DNA of 64,000 bases from assembly GCA_047602575.1 (NCBI GenBank), contig JASGGY010000001.1, positions 142,413 to 206,412 of the forward strand. The letters run 5' to 3'. This stretch comes from Oscillospiraceae bacterium (GTDB taxonomy: Bacteria > Bacillota > Clostridia > Oscillospirales > Ruminococcaceae). Below the pieces are notes generated by a model. The model worked only from the letters and a program-made list of their open reading frames with translations, made no database searches and was not told the origin of the DNA. Position numbers and translations under genes: made by a program. Positions 1-10,358 of this stretch are shown piece after piece; the stretch's first letter is position 1; every line of letters begins with the position of its first letter.

Positions 1-729
1 GTCAAGTGCCGCATAAACCGCGTTCTTGTCGCCCTCAATTTTCACGATGATGCGGTGGTCAAGGGAGAGGGATTTCGAGAGGTTGCTTTCCGTGTCGTCG
101 GCGACGATTTTACCCTGATTGATGACAACGATCCGGTCGCAGACCGCCTGTACCTCCGACAGAATGTGGGAGGAGAACACAACGGTGTGGTTCTTGCCGA
201 GCTTTTTAATCAGCGAGCGGATTTCAATGACCTGATTCGGGTCAAGTCCGACGGTGGGCTCGTCGAGAATCAGCACGTTCGGGTTGCCGACGAGCGCCTG
301 CGCAAGCCCCACGCGCTGCTTATATCCTTTTGAAAGGTTGCGGATCAGACGCTTGTAAACATGGTCGATTTTCACCAGCTTGCAGATGTCCATCAGATGG
401 GTGTTGCGCGGCATCTTGCATTTTTTCAAATCATAGATAAAGCAGAGGTATTCTTTTACGGTCATGTCCATGTAGAGGGGGGGCTGCTCCGGCAAATAGC
501 CGATGCGCGCCTTTGCCTTCTGCGGTTCCTCTAAAATATCGATGCCGTCGATGAGCGCCTTGCCCTCGCTGCTGGAGATAAACCCTGTGAGAATGTTCAT
601 CGTGGTGGATTTTCCCGCACCATTGGGTCCTAAGAAACCGAGAATTTCGCCGTCGTTCGCCTTGAACGAAATGTCGTCAACCGCTTTGATGTCGCCGAAG
701 TGCTTGCTCAGGTTCACAACCTCAATCAT
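1..729 (-). CDS. ABC transporter ATP-binding protein (C-terminus lies beyond window start)
   Basis: Minus-strand translation from ATG 727-729 reads MIEVVNLSKHFGDIKAVDDISF..GFLGPNGAGKSTT (Walker A), LSKGYKQRVGLAQAL (ABC signature), LILDEPTVGLD (Walker B). The frame is open to the window edge, so it is absent from the ORF track. Confidence 0.85.
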   Translation of the reverse strand, partial: MIEVVNLSKHFGDIKAVDDISFKANDGEILGFLGPNGAGKSTTMNILTGFISSSEGKALIDGIDILEEPQKAKARIGYLPEQPPLYMDMTVKEYLCFIYDLKKCKMPRNTHLMDICKLVKIDHVYKRLIRNLSKGYKQRVGLAQALVGNPNVLILDEPTVGLDPNQVIEIRSLIKKLGKNHTVVFSSHILSEVQAVCDRIVVINQGKIVADDTESNLSKSLSLDHRIIVKIEGDKNAVYAALD

Positions 730-868
730 TGTTCAATCATTCCTTTCCCGCCCGCAAAAACCGCGGAGAGGTATCCAAATCAACACAATTTTTATTGTAC
801 CGTCTGTTTGTGATAATCCGGTGACAGACCACCGAAAAATGGACTTTTTTTCGTGCGAAACTTACAAA

Positions 869-2339
869 TTACTTCGAAAGTTTTTCGATGCCCTTGCGAA
901 TTCTGTCCAAACTGTCCGCCTTGCCCATCAGCGCGCAAAGCTCAATGCCGCCGCCGGGGGTAAAGGCTTTTCCCGAAACCGCCACGCGCAGCGGCCAAAG
1001 AATCAGACCGTTTTTCACACCCAGCCGCTCGATGAGCGCAAAGAGCGCCGTGTGGATGGCTTCCTCGCTCCAGTCGTCGAGCGCTTCAAGAACGGGGAGG
1101 ATTTTCTTAAGACTTTCGAGCGAATTCTCGGGATTGGTTTTCATTTTTTTGTGAGAATACAGGTCGGTGCTGTAGTCCGGCAGCGCGTCAAAGAAGTCCA
1201 CCTGTTCGGGGATATCGGTGAACACCTCCGTGCGCGGCTGAAGAAGCTTTGCCAGCGCCAGACAATCCACATCGGTGCGGGTGAGGGTTTTCTTCATATA
1301 GGGGACGGCATATTCCGCGAACTGTTCGGGGGAAAGCTTGCGGATATAAACGCCGTTGATTGCCTTTAATTTCAGCGGGTCGAAAATCGCGGGCGACTTG
1401 GAAAGACCGCCGATGTCAAATTCGCGGATCAGCTCCTCGAAGCGTGAAGATTTCGTTCTCGCCCTTGGGCGCCCAGCCCAGCAGCGCGATGTAGTTGATC
1501 ACCGCTTCGGTGAGGAAGCCTTTTTCCATCAAATCTTCAAAGGACGCGTCGCCGTCGCGCTTGGAGAGCTTGTGCTGCTTGTCCTTCATAATGTGTTCCA
1601 CATGAATATAGGTCGGCACATCCCAGCCGAACGCGTTGTAGAGCAGATTATATTTGGGCGCGGAGGAGAGATACTCGTTGCCGCGGACAACGTGGGTGAT
1701 GCCCATGAGGTGGTCGTCCACGACGTTGGCGAAGTTATAGGTCGGCATGCCGTCGGTTTTCAGCAGAACCTGATCGTCGAGCGTCGCGCAGTCCACGGTG
1801 ATGTCGCCGTAAAGCTCGTCGTGGAACGTGATCGAGCCGGACTCCGGAATCTTCTGCCGGATGACATAGGGAACGCCGTCGGCAAGATTTTTTGCGATTT
1901 CGGCGGCAGGGAGAGTGCGGCAGTGGCGGTCGTACATCGTCGCCATACCGCTTGCTTCCTGCACGGCGCGCAGCTCGTCGAGCCGGCACTTGTCGCAGAA
2001 GCAGTAATACGCTTCGCCCTTTTCTACCAGATCAACGGCATATTGCTTAAATAGCCCCATGCGCGCGGACTGCACGTAAGGACCGACCGGTCCGCCGATG
2101 TCCGGACCTTCGTCCCAGTTCAGCCCGACCTGCTCGAGCGTGCGGTAAATGACCTCCGTCGCGCCCTCAACAAAGCGTTCCTGATCGGTGTCCTCGATGC
2201 GCAGGATGAAATCCCCGCCGTATTTTTTCGCAAGGATATAGGTGAAAAGTGCCGTGCGCAGATTGCCGATGTGCATATAGCCGGTGGGGCTGGGCGCAAA
2301 TCGGGTGCGGACTTTTTTCGGTGCGGTATTCTCACTCAT
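869..2339 (-). CDS. gltX: glutamate--tRNA ligase, interrupted by an apparent 1-nt frameshift near 1440
   Basis: ORF 1416-2339 carries the class I catalytic core ([26 protein letters not shown]). ORF 869-1297, in another frame, carries the C-terminal anticodon-binding part. Removing one base in ACGCTTCGAGGAG (about 1436-1444) gives continuous ..[28 protein letters not shown].. and a total near 490 aa. Confidence 0.85.
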
Positions 2340-2401
2340 AACAAAGCATCCTTTCGGTGTTTTTTGGAAAATCCGATGCGGCGGAAAATCGCACGCCGCG
2401 T

Positions 2402-3376
2402 TTATTCGGCAGAATCGGCTTGTTGGCTGAAAAAGGCATCCGCGCGGGTTAAGTCTGCGGCAATCTGTTCCTTCAGCGCTTCAAGCGACGGGAATTTCTG
2501 CTCCGCGCGCAGGAAGCCGATTAGCCCGACGTCCACAGTCTGACCGTAGAGATCGCCGTTAAAATCGATGAGGTAGGTTTCCGCGCAGGGGCGGATGTCC
2601 GTTTCGCTGACGGTGGGCTTGACGCCGACGTTGGTGACGGCGCGGTAAGAAACGCCGTTTACCATCGCGTTCGCGGCATAAACCCCGAAGCGCGGCAGAA
2701 CAAGCCCGTTTGGGATCAGCTGGTTGATGGTGGGGAAGTTGAGCTTGCGCCCGATTGCGTTTCCGTGAACAACGGGCAGGCGGAAGCCGAAGGGATAGCC
2801 GAGCATGGCGTTTGCGCTTTCGATTTCACCCGCGCGCACGGCCTGCCGGATCGCGGTGGAGCTGACGGGCGCGCCGTGGTAGACGGTATGCGTGAGGATT
2901 TCCACATCGATGCCGTACCTTGCGCCGAGGGCTTTTAATTCATAGCAATCGCCGCGCGCGCCGCGCCCGAAGCGGAAGTCCTCGCCGCAGACCGCGGCGC
3001 ACGCGTTTAAGCGCCCGCGCAGAACCGAGCGGACAAATTCCTCCGGCGGCATGTCCTTCAGCGCTGAAAAGGGCGGTGTATAGAGATAATCCACGCCCAG
3101 CCGCTCGAATTTTTCCCATTTCATTTCGTCGGAAAGCAGCATTTCCAGCCGCCCGTCCCGCCCTTTGGAAGTTACCGAGTCGGTCTGAAAGGTGAACACC
3201 GCCGCCGCATAGCCGCGCGCGCGCAGCGATGCCGCCCGGCGGATGACAGCCTGATGCCCGATGTGTACGCCGTCAAACAGCCCGAGCGCCACCGCGCACC
3301 GCTGCTGCGGGATCAATCCGTCCTGCGTAAGATTGTGCAAAGCGAGCATCCTTTCGTCGGAAAATTCATCATCCAT
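2402..3376 (-). CDS. ribF: bifunctional riboflavin kinase / FMN adenylyltransferase
   Basis: ORF 2402-3496 has [19 protein letters not shown] and [13 protein letters not shown] motifs. Start set at ATG 3374-3376 (alternative 3347-3349). The upstream part of the ORF runs into a repeat element and is not credible as coding. Confidence 0.8.
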   Translation of the reverse strand: MDDEFSDERMLALHNLTQDGLIPQQRCAVALGLFDGVHIGHQAVIRRAASLRARGYAAAVFTFQTDSVTSKGRDGRLEMLLSDEMKWEKFERLGVDYLYTPPFSALKDMPPEEFVRSVLRGRLNACAAVCGEDFRFGRGARGDCYELKALGARYGIDVEILTHTVYHGAPVSSTAIRQAVRAGEIESANAMLGYPFGFRLPVVHGNAIGRKLNFPTINQLIPNGLVLPRFGVYAANAMVNGVSYRAVTNVGVKPTVSETDIRPCAETYLIDFNGDLYGQTVDVGLIGFLRAEQKFPSLEALKEQIAADLTRADAFFSQQADSAE

Positions 3377-3380
3377 AATC

Positions 3381-3575
3381 GTTAGAAAAAAGCAATCAAA
3401 ATAGCGTAGACTGAAAAAAAGCATACGCTCAAATCTCGAGCGCTTTAGTGAAATCACAAAGTAACAAAAAATCAAAGTATAAAATCCAAAAGACAATGGG
3501 TTTCCAAAGGGTACTTGTACCCTTTGGTGAGGGGAGTCAAGGGGGCAAAGCCCCTTTGGGAGGGTTTATCTACAG
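3381..3575 (-). repeat. hairpin-stack repeat, long-tail copy (arm A1)
   Basis: On the plus strand: a tail with TCGAGCGC and TCACAAAGTA boxes, then GGGTTTCC (3498-3505), CCAAAGGGTACTTGTACCCTTTGG (3504-3527), a second hairpin GGGGCAAAGCCCC, and the end ..TTTATCTACAG. The reverse complement aligns along about 200 nt with 40437-40640 and 22227-22490. Confidence 0.8.
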
Positions 3576-3584
3576 TCTGATTGA

Positions 3585-4499
3585 TCAGAAATTGCGGTAA
3601 ACCCGCAGGAGCTGTTCGGTCAGATCCGCGCGTGCAAGCCCGAGAAACACGCCGTCTGCACCGTAAACGCGATAGAGCGCTTCCTGTTCCGGCATAATGG
3701 AAAGCACCTGCGAAAGGTTCAGCTTCACGCCGTTGAGATACAGTGCGGAAAGCCGCGCGTCAAGCGTGAGCGCTTCATAAGAAGCAAACACCGCGTCCGG
3801 CTTGATCAGTGCGTTTGCAATTGTGCCGGACTGCGCGAGGACTTCAATCTGCGCCAAGGTCAGGCAGTCGGCAAGGGCAATGCCGCCGGAGAGCGTCCGC
3901 TCGAGGCTTGTCATTACCGCGCCGACGCCGAGCGCCTGCCCCGCATCGTGGAGGAGCGTGCGCACATCAGTACGCTTTGAACAGAGGATGTCCGCCGTAC
4001 CGCACTGCGTTTGTTCGTCAAATGTGAGCAGCGTGAACGCTTTCACCGTGACGGTGCGTGCGGCGCGTTCGATTTCCACACCGTCGCGCGCGTATTCGTA
4101 AAGGCGCTTTCCGCCCACCGAAACCGCCGAGAACATGGGCGGAAGCTGCTCGATTTCGCCGGTGCGCGTGGCAAACGCGGCGGTAAGTTCTTGTGCCGTC
4201 ACCGCGGACGGCTGTTCGCGCAGCACGGTGCCGGTGCTGTCCTGCGTATCGGTTTCGATGCCCAGATGGAAGCCCGCCGTATAGCGCTTTTCGTTGGTGG
4301 GGAGAATGTCGCAGGCGCGTGTGCATTTTCCCGCAAAAACGGGAAGCACGCCGGTCGCCATTGGGTCGAGCGTTCCGCCGTGACCGAGGCGCTTCATTTT
4401 TAAAATCCCGCGCAGCTTCGCGATCACGTCAAAGGACGTAAACCCCGCAGGCTTATTGACGGGAAGAATGCCGTTAAAGCCGTAGTTATCCGTGTTCAA
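3585..4499 (-). CDS. truB: tRNA pseudouridine(55) synthase
   Basis: 304 aa ORF with GILPVNKPAGFTSFDVI..LGHGGTLDPMATGVLPV (TruB catalytic Asp motif). Canonical position between nrnA and ribF. Confidence 0.9.
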   Translation of the reverse strand: MNTDNYGFNGILPVNKPAGFTSFDVIAKLRGILKMKRLGHGGTLDPMATGVLPVFAGKCTRACDILPTNEKRYTAGFHLGIETDTQDSTGTVLREQPSAVTAQELTAAFATRTGEIEQLPPMFSAVSVGGKRLYEYARDGVEIERAARTVTVKAFTLLTFDEQTQCGTADILCSKRTDVRTLLHDAGQALGVGAVMTSLERTLSGGIALADCLTLAQIEVLAQSGTIANALIKPDAVFASYEALTLDARLSALYLNGVKLNLSQVLSIMPEQEALYRVYGADGVFLGLARADLTEQLLRVYRNF

Positions 4500-5447
4500 T
4501 AGCCGAACACCTCGCGCAGGGCGGCAACGAGCTTTTGCTTGACCTCGTCGAGTGTGCCGGTGATTTCGCAGCCCGCTGCGCGGATGTGTCCGCCGCCGCC
4601 GAAATTGCGGCAGAACGCGGACGCGTCGTGCTGTTCGGTGGTGCGCGCGGAAACCTTAAACACGCTTTCGTGGCGCTGGCGCACGGTCAGCCCGATTTCC
4701 ACGCCCTCAATCTGGAGCGGGATCGACGCAAGCCCGTCAAACTCCGCGGGCTCCATGCCGCTCTCGTCCATCATTTTCTTGGTAATCACAAGCATCGAGC
4801 AGCGGTCGTTGAAGAAAAATTCGATTGACTGCACAGCCTGCTGCTGCAAGCAGCACCCTGCCCTTGCTTTTTACATCGAACATCCGGCGGTTGATGCCGG
4901 CGAAATCGATGCCGCATTCCATCAGCGCGGCGCAGGCGATGTGTGCGGCGGGGGTGGTGTTTTCGTATTTAAAACAGCCCGTGTCCGTGGCGATGCCGGT
5001 GTAAAGGCAGGTCGCGACGCGCTTTGTGAGTTCCCTACCCATAAAACGGAACAGCTCAAACAGGATCAGCGCCGCCGCAGACGCGCGGGCATCGACATAG
5101 GTTTGCTTGGCAAAGCCGGTGTTGGAAATATGGTGGTCGATGCAAAGGTCGATCGCGCCCGGCTCGGCGTATTTCGTCATGCGGCTGCCCAGCAGCTGGA
5201 GATCCGCGATGTCCACCGCGATCACGAACCGCTCGTCGAATTCCTCGACGGTATAACCTTCATAAAGTGGGTCGTAGCGCGCCGGAAACGGGTCGTTGTT
5301 GACCACATTCGCGCGCTTGCCCATCCCGCGCAGCACCGCGCACAGGGCAAAGGCGCTGCCCAAGGTATCGCCGTCGGGACCTTTGTGGGTAAGAATGGTA
5401 AAGCAATCGTTCTGTTCGAGCAAAGCTTGAATTTCTGTAAAATCCAT
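4496..5447 (-). CDS. nrnA: DHH/DHHA1 phosphoesterase (NrnA-type), apparent 1-nt frameshift near 4850
   Basis: ORF 4737-5531 (start taken at MDFTEIQ, 5445-5447) has HKGPDGDTLGSAFAL, DHH (CIDHHISN) and TGIATDTGCF. ORF 4496-4849 has the DHHA1 end (GGGGHIRAAG). The frames join if one base is removed in GTGCTGCTTGCAGCAG. Confidence 0.75.
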
Positions 5448-5484
5448 TTCGGACAAATCCTTTCCGGTCGTGCGGTTGCGTTGT

Positions 5485-5862
5485 TTATTCCTGCGGTTCT
5501 TCCGGCGGGTTTTCCTTTTCGGAAATCTCACGCAGGAGTTTGTTGATCTGCTGCGAATGCGCCGCGGAGTCGTCGGCGATGAATTTCAGCTCCGGACTTT
5601 TTTTCAGATGCAGGACGTTGGAAATCTCCCGCTTGATATAGCCCGACGCGGATTCAAAGCCCTTGACAGCTTGCTTGGCGTGGTCAAAGCCCTTGAGGCT
5701 TGAGATATAAACCTTGCAGTACGAACCGTCCGCCGTCACATCGCACCGCATGACGGTGAGCATATCTCCGCCGTCGATGCGGGGGTCTTTCAGCTCTCGC
5801 ATCATGCCGGAGAGGATGCGGCGGATGTCCTCGGACATTCTTCCTGATTTAAAACCGGACAT
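5485..5862 (-). CDS. rbfA: ribosome-binding factor A
   Basis: 125 aa ORF; RbfA-like sequence (RMSEDIRRILSGMMRE..DPR...VTADGSYCKVYIS). Located directly downstream of infB. Confidence 0.9.
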   Translation of the reverse strand: MSGFKSGRMSEDIRRILSGMMRELKDPRIDGGDMLTVMRCDVTADGSYCKVYISSLKGFDHAKQAVKGFESASGYIKREISNVLHLKKSPELKFIADDSAAHSQQINKLLREISEKENPPEEPQE

Positions 5863-5974
5863 ATTAAGCTCCTTTTAATTGAAAAACATTACGTTTTGCT
5901 GTAGGGCGGGGGCTTGCTCCCGCCGCGGCTGCGCTCGGGCATTCCGGTATCGCAAACCGGACTCCGCAGCGCGC

Positions 5975-8619
5975 TTAGTCCTTGTATTCTTCCATGAGGT
6001 AAGCCTCGAAAATATCGCCCTCATGCAGATCGCTGAATTTTTCCAGCGTGATGCCGCACTCATAGCCGGCGGCAACATCCTTGACGTCGTCCTTGAAGCG
6101 CTTGAGGGAGCTGAGCTTTTCGTCGGCGACGATGATGCCGTCGCGGACAACGCGGAGTAAGTCATGTCTGCCGACCTTGCCGTCAAGCACATAACAGCCG
6201 GCAACAATGCCCACGTTGGTGATTTTATAAACCTGACGCACTTCGATGCGGGCGGTTTCAACCTCGCGGAATTTCGGTGCGAGCATACCCTTCATCGCAG
6301 TGGTGACTTCCTCGATTGCGTCGTAAATAATTCTGTACAAACGGATTTCCACACCGTCGCGCACGGCGTTTTCCTTTGCGATTGGATCGGGGCGCACGTT
6401 GAAGCCCACGATGATGGCGTTCGATGCGGCAGCAAGCATGACGTCGCTCTCGGAAACCGCACCCACCGCGCTGTGAATCACGCGCACGCGCACTTCCTCA
6501 TTGGAAATCTTCTCAAGCGACTGCTTGACGGCTTCCGCCGAGCCCTGTACGTCCGCCTTAACGATGATGGGAAGCTCCTTCATTTCGCCCTGAGAAATCT
6601 GGCTGAACAAGTTGTCCAGCGTGACTTTCTGGTACTTGCTGAACTCCTCCTCCTTCGCTTCGTGCTTGCGCTGCTCGACCAGCTCGCGGGCAAGCTTTTC
6701 GTCGCTGACCGCGTTGAAGGTGTCGCCCGCTGCGGGAACTTCTGCAAAGCCCGTGATTTCCACCGGCGTGGAAGGTCCGGCGCTCTCGACCGGCTTGCCC
6801 TTGTCGTCGCACATGGTACGAATGCGTCCAACGGATTTTCCTGCGATGATGACCTCGCCCTGGTGCAGCGTTCCGTTTTGAACCAGCACCGTCGCGGTCG
6901 GCCCTTTGCCCTTGTCAAGGCGTGCCTCAATGACCGTACCCTTTGCCTGGCGGTTGGGGTTGGCTTTCAGCTCGCGTACCTCGGTGAGCAGCAGGATGTT
7001 TTCAAGCAGATCGTCGATGCCCATGCCCGTTTTCGCGGAAACCTCGACGGCAATGACGTCGCCGCCCCATTCCTCGACCACAAGCTCATGCTCGGTCAGC
7101 TCCTGCTTCACGCGGGTGGGGTCAGCGCCTTCCTTATCCATCTTGTTGATCGCGACAATCATCGAAATGCCCGCCGCTTTGGCGTGGTTGATGGATTCCA
7201 CGGTCTGGGGCATGATGCCGTCGTCAGCAGCAACCACCAGAATCGCGATGTCGGTGATGTTCGCACCGCGCGCACGCATGGAAGTAAACGCTTCGTGACC
7301 GGGCGTGTCAAGGAATGTGATGCGCTTTCCGTTGTGGGAAACCTGATAAGCGCCGATGTGCTGCGTGATGCCGCCGGCTTCGGAGGCGGTGACGTTCGCG
7401 CTGCGGATGCGGTCTAAGATAGAGGTCTTTCCGTGATCGACGTGTCCCATGACAACCACCACGGGCGAACGGTCAACCAGATCCTCGTCCTTGTCGGCTT
7501 CGTCCTCGATCAGGCGCTCCTCGATGGTGACGATGACTTCCCTTTCAACCTTTGCGCCCAGCTCCTCGGCAACCAGTGCTGCGGTATCATAGTCGATGAT
7601 TTCGTTGATGGAAGCCATCACGCCCAGCTGCATGAGCTTCTTGATGATGACGTTCACCGTTACCTTTAAGCGCGCCGCAAGCTCCGACACCACGATTTCG
7701 GCGGGGATCAGAACCTTGAGCTGCTGCTTTCTCGCACGCTGAAGCTTAAGCGGCGCAGTTTCTCGGCTTCCGTTTCGCGCTTGTTGGAGAACTGCTGTTT
7801 TTTATGCTGCTGAGATTTCTGGGTAATTTTCTGCTTTTTCGAGAAATTATCCTTATTCTTGCTCTGTCGGTTGTCGGCAAGACTGTCGTAGCGTTCGTTG
7901 TATTTGTCAAGCTCCACGTAGCTGCCGCGCGTGTCGATGGTGCGGACCTTCTGCGGAACAACCGCCGGCTGTGCCGTGGCGGACGCGTTGACGGCAAGCT
8001 GCTGCTTGATGACATTTTCTTTTTTCTTAACCGGCTTGTTTTCTTTTTTCGGCAGCTGGGGCTTGGGCTGCGCAAAATAGCCGGGCTGTTGCTGCGCGGT
8101 CTTTGCCATGGGCTGAGCGGACTGCGCAGGTTGAATGGGCTTTGCCGCCTGCTGTGCGGGCTGATTCTGGCGAACGGGCTGCGCGGGGGAATTTGTGCGC
8201 GCCACCGGACGCTCCGGCTCTGCGGTATAAACGGGCTTCGCCGCGGACTGGGGTCTTGCGGGCTGCTGCGCGGGCTTTGCGGCGGGACGCGCACTCTGCT
8301 CGAACGGCTTGCCCGCGGGCTTTGCGGCAGGCTTCGTCTGGGAAGCGGGCTGCTCCGGCTTTTTAAACGGCAGCTTCACCGGCTCGGGCTTCGGCTCTGC
8401 CTTTTTGGGGCGGTTCTGCTTTTCGGCGAAATACGCGTCAAAGCTTTCCACCTGATGCTTCTGGGAATAGAACTCCAGCGCATAGCTGATTTCGTCGGTT
8501 GTCAGCGCGGAAACCGTTTTTTTCGCGCCCTCAAACGCCGCCGTCAGCAGCTCGAGTACCTCGTTGTTGGAAACTCCCAGATCCTTTGCCAGCTCGTTGA
8601 GTTTATATTTTGTAATCAT
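5975..8619 (-). CDS. infB: translation initiation factor IF-2, apparent 1-nt frameshift near 7747
   Basis: ORF 7708-8745 holds the N-terminal IF2 domain from [16 protein letters not shown] (ATG 8617-8619, AAGGAGGA SD upstream) and a low-complexity linker. ORF 5975-7693 holds the GTPase and C-terminal domains ([29 protein letters not shown]). The frames join via ..[26 protein letters not shown].. if one A is restored in TTAAGCTT. Confidence 0.9.
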
Positions 8620-8635
8620 AGGCGAAATATCCTCC

Positions 8636-8968
8636 TTATTCTGCGCCGTTTCCGGCATTGCCGCGCGTGGTTTCTTCGATGATTGCCTTTGCCTTTTTAA
8701 AGAAACCCGCGTCGCACACGGCGAGGGCTCCCGTTCGTTTTCCAAGCTGTTCGGACACCTCGTCCATGGTCATGCCGAGGGGGAAGAGCGGCCGGCTGTA
8801 GCGCGCGCAGTGAAAGCGCAGCTCCTTCAGCGATTTTTCGGAAAGATCACTTGCGGCGAACACGCCCCATGCTGTGCCGGTCTTGAGCGCGTCCTTGACA
8901 AGATCCGCGCCCAGCGCGAGCTTTCCGGCTCTGCGGCATACGGTCAGCAGCGACATGATTTTATTCAT
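8636..8968 (-). CDS. ylxQ: L7Ae-family RNA-binding protein (YlxQ-like)
   Basis: Start taken at MNKIMSLLTVCRRAGKLALG. L7Ae/YlxQ-like sequence with conserved position between ylxR and infB. Confidence 0.7.
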   Translation of the reverse strand: MNKIMSLLTVCRRAGKLALGADLVKDALKTGTAWGVFAASDLSEKSLKELRFHCARYSRPLFPLGMTMDEVSEQLGKRTGALAVCDAGFFKKAKAIIEETTRGNAGNGAE

Positions 8969-9230
8969 TGCCAAGCTCTCCCTCCATCCTGTCGTAGAGC
9001 GCTTCCTCGATGACGCAGGAAAACGCACGTTCAAACTTCTTTGCCTTCCGTGCTTTTTTAAAGCAGGCACGGCTTTTACAGATATATGCGCCCCGTCCGG
9101 GCAGCTTTCCGGTCAGATCCAGAGAAAGCGCGCCTTCTTTGGATCGCACCATGCGGATGAGCTCGCGTTTGGACTTCAGCGCGCCGCACCCCAAGCACAT
9201 TCTTTCCGGAATTTTTTTAACCTTTGCCAT
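8961..9230 (-). CDS. ylxR: YlxR/DUF448 RNA-binding protein
   Basis: 89 aa ORF with IPERMCLGCGALKSKRELIRMV...GRGAYIC, typical of YlxR, immediately downstream of nusA. Confidence 0.8.
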   Translation of the reverse strand: MAKVKKIPERMCLGCGALKSKRELIRMVRSKEGALSLDLTGKLPGRGAYICKSRACFKKARKAKKFERAFSCVIEEALYDRMEGELGNE

Positions 9231-9260
9231 TGCCCGCCTCCCTGATTTTGTGAAAGCCGG

Positions 9261-10313
9261 TTATTCCTGCTCCGCGGAAAACTCCGGCACAATGTCGATT
9301 TTATAGCCCGTGAGCCGTGCGGCAAGCTTTGCGTTCTGCCCCTTGTTGCCGATGGCAAGCGAAAGCTGGTTGTTGGGAACCACCACGCGGCACGCGCGGA
9401 TGTCGCCCTCTAAGATTTCCACGCTGATGACCTCAGCGGGGGAAAGCGCTTTGGCGATGAATTCCGCATCATCCTCGCTGAAGCCGATGATGTCGATTTT
9501 CTCCCCGCGCAGCTCGCTGACGATGCTCGTGATACGCGACCGCTTCGGTCCGATGCAAGCGCCCACCGCGTCAACGTTGGAATTCTTGCTGAAAACGGCA
9601 ATCTTGCTTCTCGAGCCCGCCTCGCGGGAGATTGCGCGCACCTCGACCGTGCCGTCGTAAATCTCGGGAACTTCCAGCTCAAACAGGCGCTTGACCAGAT
9701 CCTTGTGCGTTCTGGAGATTTTGATGATCGGCTTCTTGTCGGGGTTGATGATGCCCACCACGAACACCTTGACGATGTCGCCGGCTTTTAATACCTCGCC
9801 GGGGATCTGTTCGGTTCTGGTGAGGTAAACCTCGCTTTTATCAATGGTAAGTATGGCGTTGAGCGTCGCCGGTTCAACCTTTTGGACGATTGCCGAAACG
9901 CACTCCTGTGTCTTGTCCTCGAACTGCGCCAGCAAACGGTCGCGCTCGAATTCCTTGATGTCCTGCTTGATGGACTGCTTTGCCGACTGTGCGGCGACGC
10001 GTCCGAATTTCGCGGCGTTGATTTTGATTTCCGCCATACCGCCAACGCGGGCACGCTTTGAGAGGGTTTTTGCCGCGTCGATATTGATCTGATTGTCCGG
10101 ATCCTCCGGCTCGCCCTCGACGATTTCCTTGAGAATTTTCATTTCAAACTTGCCCGTTTCGGGGTTGATTTCGATGTTGATGTTCTCACAATTGGGGTAA
10201 TCCTTTTTGATTGCTTTCAGGATGCCCTGTTTGATTTTCTCGATCAGCACCGAGCCGTCGATGTCGTTTTCCTTTTCCAGTAGGCGCAGTGCCTCAAAAA
10301 ACTCGTTGTTCAT
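9261..10313 (-). CDS. nusA: transcription termination/antitermination factor NusA
   Basis: ORF 9261-10325 has NusA N-terminal, S1 and two KH-like regions (..RACRVVVPNNQLSLAIGNKGQNAKLAARLTGYKIDI). ATG 10311-10313 is preferred because of the AGGAAGG SD 13 nt upstream. Confidence 0.9.
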   Translation of the reverse strand: MNNEFFEALRLLEKENDIDGSVLIEKIKQGILKAIKKDYPNCENINIEINPETGKFEMKILKEIVEGEPEDPDNQINIDAAKTLSKRARVGGMAEIKINAAKFGRVAAQSAKQSIKQDIKEFERDRLLAQFEDKTQECVSAIVQKVEPATLNAILTIDKSEVYLTRTEQIPGEVLKAGDIVKVFVVGIINPDKKPIIKISRTHKDLVKRLFELEVPEIYDGTVEVRAISREAGSRSKIAVFSKNSNVDAVGACIGPKRSRITSIVSELRGEKIDIIGFSEDDAEFIAKALSPAEVISVEILEGDIRACRVVVPNNQLSLAIGNKGQNAKLAARLTGYKIDIVPEFSAEQE

Positions 10314-10358
10314 TTTTCCGACCAATCCTTCCTGTTCTATTGTAATCGCTTGTTGCTT

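Noticed and set aside
503-1369. 288-aa plus-strand ORF spanning the ABC ATPase start and the gltX C-terminus. Similar long reverse-frame ORFs occur at 6164-7417, 7804-8682, 27282-28256, 33501-34262, 53636-54535, 60478-61191 and 62016-62999.
   Set aside because: All lie opposite genes with strong family motifs. None has its own motifs or SD. Such ORFs are typical of stop-codon depletion in GC-rich antisense frames.
3470-3500. TATAAT-like box 12-15 nt upstream of GGGTTTCC in several repeat copies, considered as a promoter driving a hairpin-only small RNA
   Set aside because: No copy has an acceptable -35 at 16-18 nt spacing. The box is missing from the 20764-20998 and 32161-32375 copies, and the AT-rich tails produce TATAAT-like strings easily. 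The idea is kept only as a testable aside in the long-tail finding.
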